A stretch of DNA of 64,000 nucleotides, from positions 48,592 through 112,591 of IMG/VR virus record IMGVR_UViG_3300028837_001424; one strand, 5' to 3'. The notes below the pieces were generated by a model, which saw nothing but the letters and a program-made list of their open reading frames with translations, made no database searches and was not told the DNA's origin. Below are positions 55,731 through 64,000 of this stretch, piece by piece (within the stretch, counting starts at the first letter, position 1; every line of letters begins with the position of its first letter). The position numbers and the translations under genes were made by a program. The DNA comes from a virus.

Positions 55731-55775
55731 AGTATACCGCACAAGGAATAATTGGTCAAGGTACTTGGGTACTAT
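55731..55775 (-). promoter_or_regulatory. Promoter with conserved upstream box (copy 4)
   Basis: ATAGTACCCAAGTACC-TTGACC-17-TATACT. Confidence 0.75.
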
Positions 55776-55780
55776 TAAAA

Positions 55781-55821
55781 AGAGCCTAGCCCCACAACAT
55801 CATCGGGTTGGGCTAGGCTCT
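55781..55821 (-). terminator. Intrinsic terminator
   Basis: AGAGCCTAGCCC...GGGCTAGGCTCT followed by TTTT on minus. Confidence 0.6.
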
Positions 55822-57353
55822 CGGCTACAGGGCGAACGATCAGAATCCTCTTTACTCCTTTATTTGATCGCCCTGATCCGAAACAGGGGGTTTCTTCGTG
55901 CGCTTTGGTTTAGTGTTCGGCTTGGGCTTAGCTCTTTTGAGATGTTTGAATATCTCAAGATCGCCGCAGATTGGACAGAAAACCATTGAGACTTGGATTT
56001 TCTGAACCAGCACTTTGCTGGCAGGATCGTATTGGAGATTAAGTAATTGAGGCTGCTCAAATTTATCCTCGGCCTCCTCTACGTAATTTCCACAGATCCA
56101 GCAATATGGTCCTTGTTCCATTGTAACCTCCGTATACATTTTGTATATGATTGACTACAAAGTGTATTCAATTACTCGAAGATTAATACCTCTGATCTAA
56201 TCTTGCTAAGTATTCGATACATCGAGGCGTACATATTTTTGAGATGTGTGAATTTCCCATGGATTTTCTCATAAGCACGCCAGCTTTTGGTGCTACTCCT
56301 ACAAGCATCTCGAACAATCTCCCAAAGCTCATCCTCTGTCTTGTCGCCCATGTGAAAAGTTAATTCTTTTACTTGCTTAATGCGATCACCCATTCTAGCC
56401 TCCATCTTCATCTTTGGCAGACCTTCTCCTACCCCTTTATACGTCTGCCCTTACGACCTGCCCGTGTGTCACGGCGTCTTGGGCGAGGAGAACCACTTCG
56501 CTACACCCACGTAAGGGGTACAGGCCGTGCCATACATTGTTTACTCTCGTATTTCAACGCCATAGTACATCATGGCTCGGACTAGGTGTGCAGTAGCCTT
56601 TCGAATATGGCTCATCGCACGTTCTTTATCATAGGACTTATAAGCAGCATTCTTAGCTTTCTGGAGTTCCAATTCTGATTCTGATGCAATTGCCTCAGCG
56701 ACTTGTTGAAATCTATGTTCCAATGTATGGCGTACTTTATATTTTGTCATTTCTCACTCTCCTAAATATCTATGGTAAGGTCCGTTGCGTTATGTGACGC
56801 AGTCACTCCGATAGAAGATCTGATAGGAAAGCGCCAATAAGATAAAGAATTATCAACAATGTAACTATGCATAACCAATGCCAATCCAAAAGGGGAGTCA
56901 AGTTGGCAACCAAAACACCAATCAGATATCCAATGTCGTACCTTTTTATTTTCATCTCACTCTCCCGCAACACACTTGCGCATAGCCACTCTATGCTCTT
57001 ATCCCTGCCTACCGCTGGCTGATCTTATTCCTGCCCATTTCCCCGCATTTTTTCCCATGCTCCGGCACGCATTGCCCCCTGCCGCTGGCCGATAAGAAAC
57101 TAATTTTCGCTGTGTGCGAGGCTGGATTCTGCTACCTTCGCCTGCTCAAACAGGATTGGCTCAGGAAACCTAGTCATCGCCTGGGCGAACCAGAGTTCCA
57201 CGGTAGGATACATTGGCCCATTTGGATTAGCGGGTTGAGCTACGGCACTCATGACGAGATTGCCCGATATCTCCCAGCCCTTATCTCTAAAATCATTAAC
57301 TGCTTTTTCAAGATCTGAGGCGCTGTCGTAAACAAGGATCTGATATGTGTCGG

Positions 57354-57923
57354 TCATTCGACACCTCCATCTAATTGCTTTAATAATAAGTCAAGCGAAA
57401 CCGGAAAATAGTTCCAACAATCCACACCAACATCTAAACGAATACCGCTCTTTTCGTCGATCGGAACGTTAGGATCGTAATTTTCATATTGATGATCAAT
57501 TTTGCCATGGGAATGTGCATGAAAATGTAGGCTACCTCGGTTCGATCCCTCCCAAGAATGTAGAGGATAATGGCACAAAGTAATTTTCTTCTTTTGATAC
57601 TTTATGGTGAGAAGAGGCGGCAAGATGCGCAGGTTTTCGGGCATATTGTAAGTAGGCTTTTTCATATCTTTAATCCAGCGCTTATCATGACCACCAGGTA
57701 TCAAGCTGATAAAACCATTTAACTGGCTGAAGAATTTCATAAAAGTTTTGTATCCGCCTAATGTAAAATCACCCAAATAATAAACAGTATCGCGATTTGA
57801 TACTACGCCGTTCCAGCGCCGAATCATCTCGCTATTCATTTCATCAACAGACACAAATGGTCGCTCACAATACTTGATAATTTTAGCGTGATCAAAGTGA
57901 TGACCTGCAGATAGATAGATCAT
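57354..57923 (-). CDS. Calcineurin-like phosphoesterase
   Basis: HFDH.KII..C.RPF..V.EMN, YYLGDF, GGHD, LCHYP, HAHSH, DVGVD. Confidence 0.75.
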   Translation of the reverse strand: MIYLSAGHHFDHAKIIKYCERPFVSVDEMNSEMIRRWNGVVSNRDTVYYLGDFTLGGYKTFMKFFSQLNGFISLIPGGHDKRWIKDMKKPTYNMPENLRILPPLLTIKYQKKKITLCHYPLHSWEGSNRGSLHFHAHSHGKIDHQYENYDPNVPIDEKSGIRLDVGVDCWNYFPVSLDLLLKQLDGGVE

Positions 57924-59238
57924 TGATTTACTACTTCCTTAGCGTCGGGGGAGAGATTGTGCCATGCCTCAAACAAGATTTTAAGATCAACCGCAGGATT
58001 GGGAGCTTGGATGTCACTAAACGCTGGCAAGAACTTAGCCAACTCCCTAATCACACGAGCCATGCGCAATGTTTCCCTAGAGTTAGTAATATAGCGAAAG
58101 ATTTGATTTTCAATATCGTATTTGCAGTTCCTTTCAATCTGACTTAGGCGCAAAGCAAACGGCTCCTGTTTTTCAGGAGGAAGTTCGACTTGAACATTAG
58201 TCATTTATCACTCTCCTTCACCACAAAGTAAGCTTCAACTAACTCCTTGGCATCGGGGGACCACTCGTCACGCAAAGCAATCACGATATTAGTTAGTGCA
58301 TCGTCTAAAACCCGCGGGTCAGCTTCTTCAGGGGTATCGTTAGCAATATTGCGTACCTCTTTTATCTGTTTCACCAACTCCCTAATCACACGAGCCATGC
58401 GGTTTCCGTCTATCTCGTAGTGGTCCAATGCCACGTATGCCTGCCCTATTGTGGCGGTATCTGAGCCCTCTGTAATTTTGATTCGAAACTCAATCTCACT
58501 CAGCCAAGTCATCTTACAACCTCCATATCGGCGTCAATCACCTACCTCTTCGTATCCTAGTTGTTTCAACAATCCCGTGATATATGCGGGCTGGTTTGTT
58601 ATGAATGCCCGTGTCCACATTTCTATCTGCTGTAAACGTACAATTTCTGCTTCGAGTTGGACGTAATCATCATACAGGGCTTTGTATTGCGCAGTCAAAT
58701 CATAAAGCCCAATAGCAAGCTCGTCCATGTCACCCTCGCCCGACTCCCATAACTCATATATGTTTTCTGACTTCTCCACTCTTGGCGGATAGTCGCTCAT
58801 TACTCACATCCGAGGGCTTTCTTTATAATATCTTCCAATTCACAGGAGCCGATCTTGGGTGGCATCCAAACATGATGCTCAAGAAAAGAATGTGGGGCAT
58901 CATCTTCCCAATACTCAATTCTCATGAACCGCCAGCCCACCATCTCGTCAATGGGATAACTCTGGACTCCGTACTCGGTCACAGAAACATACATTATTCT
59001 ACTCCCTAAGCGGCAACCAATGTCTAAGCTCCCTAGCCAATGCATCATAAGCCATCCGGTGTTGCGGATTCGACCTTGCTAAATCCTCAATAAATTTAAT
59101 GGTATCATCAATGGCCTCGTTGTATATGAATCGGATTTGCGCCCTCCTGTTTAATCCTATTATACTAGCACCAAGTGCCTCGACTATCTTCTTGCCGTCC
59201 TTAGAGAAATCGACATCTTTGGTTACCTTACCCATGGT
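57920..59238 (-). other. Block of small hypothetical genes
   Basis: Coupled ORFs 57920-58204, 58201-58512, 58534-58800 etc. Confidence 0.45.
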
Positions 59239-59909
59239 CCCTCCAATTGAACATAAAACTTTATTTGAAATAGTAACCACCAAACATCAAAACTATATCG
59301 CTTTCCTTGGAGAGGCAATGTGTCAACGTGTTCTTGCGATATATATGGCTCTTCCTGATCGATCATAAAACGAGGAAGTAATGCTCGTATATTATGCCTA
59401 CTAATTTCTGGAAGGGCTGGATAATAGATAAACTCAACGCCAAACTTGGTGACATTGGTAAGGTCCTCCAATTGCTTTGTAAAACCTTTTGATGTCTGAT
59501 CGAATTTGGCGAAGCGAGGAATCATATTTTTCCAATTCAAATGACCGCCACCAGGAAGACCTACGGCGCACCAAACGCGCGAACGATTGCCGGCATCGCT
59601 AAGCCCCCAAATTCCAGTCCATCCAACGAGGCGCTTATTAACCAATTCGCTACGGCGTGTCCTGGCACTTGAGTCAGTCATTATCTTCCGTACCTCGCCG
59701 TCCGTTCTAGTGAATTCGGGTAGATGGCTATACATTTCTTCATCTGTCATTGGACCAAGTTCATATAGAATATGCCAGACTTCCCATTGCTTACGACGAA
59801 TATCAACCACGGACCGGGCGGCCTCGTATGATGTCTCAGGATCTCCGTGCCTTGTCGGTGCATATTCGTCAAACAGATCAAGTTGTTGGTAAAACTTTTT
59901 TCTCATCAT
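59223..59909 (-). CDS. Hypothetical protein with winged-HTH
   Basis: RHGDPETSYEAA...GPMTDEE...RTRRSELV..LV. Confidence 0.55.
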   Translation of the reverse strand: MMRKKFYQQLDLFDEYAPTRHGDPETSYEAARSVVDIRRKQWEVWHILYELGPMTDEEMYSHLPEFTRTDGEVRKIMTDSSARTRRSELVNKRLVGWTGIWGLSDAGNRSRVWCAVGLPGGGHLNWKNMIPRFAKFDQTSKGFTKQLEDLTNVTKFGVEFIYYPALPEISRHNIRALLPRFMIDQEEPYISQEHVDTLPLQGKRYSFDVWWLLFQIKFYVQLEGPWVR

Positions 59910-60411
59910 TTGCCAGTTAATCGGATTTCTCTAGGTATTTCTCTGCCCACGTCAGCATATTGCGGAATTGCCGAATCGTTCGCAATTTGTCCTTATTGAT
60001 TGAATCAAGAGATTTCACCAACAGAGATAGTGCCTTGTTGCCCGTTGTTTTGAATCCTTTGATTCTGCTGACAAGGGCTTTGTTTGTAGCCCTAGCCTTA
60101 TCGCGTTGCCTGGTTGTTAACGTAGTGCCCTTGTTCATGCCCAAGAGATAACCAAAACCAAGGGTAAAAAGCGTCCAGAAAATACTAGCGTAAATATTCA
60201 TCGTATTGCCTCCTGTCAACTCATTGGTTTTTCAAAAGCAGCGATCAGTTTGGCGTCCCATACATTACCACACTTATCTGTATGTAAGACCACCAAACCA
60301 AGTGGGCATTGTGTTTTTTTGCGGATCTCACCAGGCTTTCCCCAAAAACCGAAGATCTGCAACCCACATTCAGGACATTGAATCTTGCAGGGGGTATTCA
60401 TTTGTTTTATC

Positions 60412-61050
60412 CTATTCTCGAATAGGTGCTGGCAATTGTTTGGTCATGAATTCTTGACCAGCATCCCAGGTTTCACGATCTAGGCTAGTTGATATGTCTC
60501 CCTCAAGGCCCGACAGTACATAAAGGAACTGTTCCAACTCGTCGCCCTTATGTAAGAAATAGGCAGTCTTCCGTGCCTCAATCACGGCAAGCAACGCCAT
60601 CTTTGCCCCCACTTTCTCTATTAGCTCATCGGAACTTGAGCCAGCCAAGCTAATGAGATCATCAAAGATTGCTGGCGATAACCCTTGCGATATACTTGCT
60701 AGGTGCCTTAAGAAACCTGAAGGTAATTCGCCATTGCGTAGCCAGATGTAACAGATTCTTCCTTCATCATCACGACCTAGATCCAATGGTGGCATTATGT
60801 AGATGTTATCAGTATCCCTTGTCTGAGTTGCCTTTCTGACCTTACTGAACCAGGACTTGGCATAGTTTCGATTATAGGTGACGGCCAGTTGGTCCATGGC
60901 TAGGAACATCATTTCTTGGCACTCCCCTTTGAACCAGTATATGCCATGCCCATTGCTCTCGTCGCTTAGGCAAAGCGTGTGCATTCTCTTGGCGATGCGC
61001 AATGCCTTGCTCTTCGTCCCCCTCGTATATTTATGGAACGACTTAGGCAT
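60412..61050 (-). CDS. Hypothetical protein coupled to ParB-like gene
   Basis: Overlapping start/stop. Confidence 0.5.
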   Translation of the reverse strand: MPKSFHKYTRGTKSKALRIAKRMHTLCLSDESNGHGIYWFKGECQEMMFLAMDQLAVTYNRNYAKSWFSKVRKATQTRDTDNIYIMPPLDLGRDDEGRICYIWLRNGELPSGFLRHLASISQGLSPAIFDDLISLAGSSSDELIEKVGAKMALLAVIEARKTAYFLHKGDELEQFLYVLSGLEGDISTSLDRETWDAGQEFMTKQLPAPIRE

Positions 61051-61828
61051 TTCTAAGCTCCTCCAAATTCTTTTTAAATACCCTTAGTGCATAAATGGCA
61101 TCATCAACTTTTTTGATCATCAATGGCGTGTGTCCCTTGGGATCAATCTTTCCAATTTCGGCTGATACGCCCCATTTGGCTGATTGATTAATGATGCGGC
61201 CAAGTAGGTCCATCATTTCCCTAACACCAGGCGCGCGCTCGTACATGTCAGCTAGTGTTGGTTTAGGCTCTGGGAACTTTGCCTTGGCTGCCTGCTTTCG
61301 TTCGTGTGCACGGACAGCAGCAGTAGCACCTATCTCGCCAGACCTGACTTGCTCCTTGATTTCGGGGTCGTCCTGGACTGCTTCAACACGACGGACGGTA
61401 GCATCAGAAGCACCAGTAACAGCGGAGACTTGAGAGCGAGAAACATCGGGGGTCGTCTGTGGACTACCCCCAAGCTGCTTGGCTCTACCTATCTTGCCAG
61501 CATCACTTGCATCAACGGCTTTACTTGGCCCATAAGCATCAAAGAATATCTGTACTTTCTGACCTTCGGTTAGATGGCGACGCCTCATATTGGCACCTAA
61601 CACCAATTCTAGCGGATCTACATCATCGCCCTTATCGTTGCATGGTGCATCAATGCCCAACTCAAGGCAAATTTCATAACGATTGCGACCGTCCAGAATC
61701 ATCCCTTGACAGATCGTAATTGGCTGGAGCAGTCCGATTTCTTGGATGCTCTTTTTGAGCAACTTGCGCTCATCTGGCGGCAACATGGGGAAATATCTCG
61801 ATAATGGGTGATACTCATAGGTTTTCAT
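61043..61828 (-). CDS. ParB/Srx N-terminal domain protein
   Basis: HPL...FP....E...LK.SI.E.GLLQPI...ILDGRNRY..C, NMRRRHLT. Confidence 0.75.
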   Translation of the reverse strand: MKTYEYHPLSRYFPMLPPDERKLLKKSIQEIGLLQPITICQGMILDGRNRYEICLELGIDAPCNDKGDDVDPLELVLGANMRRRHLTEGQKVQIFFDAYGPSKAVDASDAGKIGRAKQLGGSPQTTPDVSRSQVSAVTGASDATVRRVEAVQDDPEIKEQVRSGEIGATAAVRAHERKQAAKAKFPEPKPTLADMYERAPGVREMMDLLGRIINQSAKWGVSAEIGKIDPKGHTPLMIKKVDDAIYALRVFKKNLEELRNA

Positions 61829-61990
61829 CTTTAATCTCCTTTGCCTTCTTGATAATTATATCAACAATTGTGAATATTGACCTACCATCAACGCGCATAC
61901 CGGAACGCTTCTTTTTATACTTCCGGTCGCGCCTAGCATGTTTTGATCGGTCTCTTTTCCTTGCAGACATTTTATTAGCCAGATATAAAC

Positions 61991-63124
61991 CTAGTGTGCT
62001 GTTCGTAGCATGAGTTCTTTTTGAACTCGTGCCATAGTCCAGTTACCATCTTTAGCCTCACGCAAAAAGTCTTGTCGAACAACCGCCCCGTCAGGGCTAA
62101 AGAGGTTAAAACACGACTCTACCGTTGCTTCATCTGGTTTATCTATCAGCCATTGGCGATCAATACGTCCAGGGCGTAAGAAATATTCGTCTATGGCACC
62201 AATGTTGTTTGCAGTAATTATAAGCAAGCGCCCTTCAGAAGCAAGTGGACCATCAATTGCGTTGAGTAAACCAGAGACGGTCATCGCTGTCTTTTCTAGA
62301 CTAATCTTCTCGAAGTCTTCAATAATAAGCAGACACTTATCGGGCGTTCTTCCCAAGGCCCTAGCTAGTCCGCTGTCTGTCATATCGGGATCTGATAACG
62401 ATAGCAAATAGATAGGCAGATCTAACTCGGTGGCCAAAACTTGAATAACCGTTGATTTCCCATTTCCCGCGGGACCGTAAAGAAGATAGCCTCTTCGATA
62501 GGGCACTCCTCTTTCGCGATACCAATCTGTCCCAGCCAAGAATTTCTTTGCGTCTTCGGCGATCTCGTCAAAGAGGCCCCGACGTAAGAACAATGAATTT
62601 CCTGAACGGCTAGGAAAGAGTCGAATACGATCCCAATAACCTGATCTATCATTAATATAGATAATATTCTTGCCAAAACGCTCTGCATTTGCCATGTCAA
62701 CTGCCAATTCAATAACTCGCCGTATCGGTTCTGGATCGCGACCTAAGACCCTCATTGTGAGCACACTAATTTTTCCAGCAACCCCCTGATCTTCCAGCGT
62801 ATGCTCAATCCAGTATCGTGTACCCATATCTTGGAAAGAGTGCAAACCAATCCCTGGCCTAATGATAGCATCAAGCCCATTTGTTCTATGAATCGTAGAT
62901 ACATCAAGCCATTGGCACCTCTTCCCGTATTCTGTTTCGGCCAACCATACACTGATCCACTGAATGAGAGTTTGATCCCTTGTTGTAATTAGGATAGCCC
63001 ATTTTCGCTGAACGATATGCCAGATCAAGGTAGGCGTGTATCTTATTGCGGCCATTACAGCACCCATAAGCATGAGAGCTAAACCGCCCCGAAAGAAATC
63101 GTTGCTAGCAAATATTTCGTCCAT
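61991..63124 (-). CDS. BCS1-like AAA+ ATPase with N-terminal TM
   Basis: WY.ERGVPYRRGYLLYGPAGNGKS, IIEDFE, TVSGLLNAIDG, GRLLI.T.N, LRPGRID. Confidence 0.85.
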   Translation of the reverse strand: MDEIFASNDFFRGGLALMLMGAVMAAIRYTPTLIWHIVQRKWAILITTRDQTLIQWISVWLAETEYGKRCQWLDVSTIHRTNGLDAIIRPGIGLHSFQDMGTRYWIEHTLEDQGVAGKISVLTMRVLGRDPEPIRRVIELAVDMANAERFGKNIIYINDRSGYWDRIRLFPSRSGNSLFLRRGLFDEIAEDAKKFLAGTDWYRERGVPYRRGYLLYGPAGNGKSTVIQVLATELDLPIYLLSLSDPDMTDSGLARALGRTPDKCLLIIEDFEKISLEKTAMTVSGLLNAIDGPLASEGRLLIITANNIGAIDEYFLRPGRIDRQWLIDKPDEATVESCFNLFSPDGAVVRQDFLREAKDGNWTMARVQKELMLRTAH

Positions 63125-63218
63125 TTTAATGTGGCTCCTAAAGCCAGATAGCCCCCCACAAGACCGCGGCGAGTATCAGCAAAAGCAGTAGCCCGACAGT
63201 AATCATGGTGTCATTCAT

Positions 63219-63527
63219 TTACTCACCTCCGAGGGCTTCATACCAAGCGACCATCTCGTCGTCATCAGCATGATAAATGTTGTCTCCTATTGTGAATGTC
63301 AACTCATGCCATAGTTCTTTTCCTAGAGACTGCAACCGCTCATTCTCGGCTTTCAATACTTGAATAGTGTCAGCATCCATGATTATCTGCGCCGAGCTAT
63401 CAGCAAGATCATCTTCGAGTTGGGCGATGCGCTCGCGGGCATTACGCAAAACTTCTGCCCCATATTCGTCGTCCTGCTCTAGTTGATGCTTCTCAAAGTG
63501 TTCAAGCCGTTCATCCAATTCCATCAC
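63219..63527 (-). CDS. Hypothetical coiled-coil protein
   Basis: RIAQLE..., ends ALGGE. Confidence 0.5.
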   Translation of the reverse strand: MMELDERLEHFEKHQLEQDDEYGAEVLRNARERIAQLEDDLADSSAQIIMDADTIQVLKAENERLQSLGKELWHELTFTIGDNIYHADDDEMVAWYEALGGE

Positions 63528-63709
63528 TCACCTCCGAGGGCTTTGTCTGCTTTTTTACGAGCATTTTCTTCTATTGCCTCTTCTTCGGATAAAGTCCAAG
63601 CCTCAACTTCTCCTGTTCCGCCACATCGAGAGCAGGGTATATGTTCTGCCTATCTGCTTGCCCCAAGACCATTACATTGTGGACAATCAACTTGGTCGCT
63701 TGGCTTCAT
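63524..63709 (-). pseudogene. DnaJ-type zinc-finger small gene with in-frame TAG
   Basis: MKPSDQVDCPQCNGLGASR*AEHIPCSRCGGTGEV...KALGGE; TAG at 63650-63652. Confidence 0.55.
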
Positions 63710-63909
63710 TGCTCACCTCCGAGGGCGTTCAATAACAAACACCAAGCATCTGTTGGATTTCCTTCATCTCCTACCAACAACTCGGCTGCATCTTCGATCT
63801 TGCGCAACCGCGCATTCTCGGCTTCGAGTTGGGCAATATATTTATCAACTTCACTGGCATAATAAGCCGGTCTTCCACCTGACGTAACGGTTTTTGTCAG
63901 CTTCATCAC
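63706..63909 (-). CDS. Hypothetical protein
   Basis: YIAQLEAENARLR, ends ALGGEQ. Confidence 0.5.
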   Translation of the reverse strand: MMKLTKTVTSGGRPAYYASEVDKYIAQLEAENARLRKIEDAAELLVGDEGNPTDAWCLLLNALGGEQ

Positions 63910-64000
63910 TCACCTCCCAAATATTTTAGAATCAACTGTGCATATTCCTTACAAAATAGGCTGGAGTGTTTCATATCTTGAGGCCACGTTCTTATATGCG

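Noticed and set aside
1-64000. Genome-wide TAG reassignment
   Set aside because: Long genes are intact in the standard code and several end in TAG; only one internal TAG was noticed

Overview
A 64 kb segment of a tailed dsDNA phage, probably long-tailed (siphovirus-like); the host cannot be determined from the sequence. Layout: (1) 1-19.7 kb (+), the end of a virion-gene block followed by a very large nucleotide-sugar, glycosyltransferase and methyltransferase cluster (RmlD, RfbF/G/C/H, KdsB, DUF115/Maf-like, GT2, GT4). (2) 19.7-24.3 kb, a mostly opposite-strand island. (3) 24.4-38.6 kb (+), neck, tail, tape measure, tail-tip and holin genes. (4) 38.7-64 kb, mostly (-), early and replication genes (phosphoesterases, RNA ligase, three DNA methyltransferases, Rad52-like annealase, replication initiator with iterons, ParB-like protein, BCS1-like AAA ATPase, many small ORFs). 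The key finding is in the island. It holds two RAMP/Cas7-like genes, each overlapped by an endonuclease gene (HNH, GIY-YIG) and each next to 5-nt-periodic arrays of a constant triplet plus a variable dinucleotide (GGY-NN in five units; AGC-NN x27). I read the variable dinucleotides as codon positions 1-2, skipping every third target base. Read this way, three GGY units spell conserved protein motifs: KGGPYGRF(A)V (C-terminus of the RAMP gene family itself, 18/20 nt match to the adjacent gene), EIYGAGTFEDLDYCL (catalytic motif of a homologue of the adjacent GT2 gene) and, on the opposite strand, VSAHMLRHTCAS (tyrosine integrase HxLRH box). This points to an RNA-guided, gapped-code, wobble-insensitive DNA-targeting system aimed at competing phages or elements. 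It resembles my recollection of recently reported VIPR-type systems, which I cannot verify here. All decoding was done by hand and no database searches were run.
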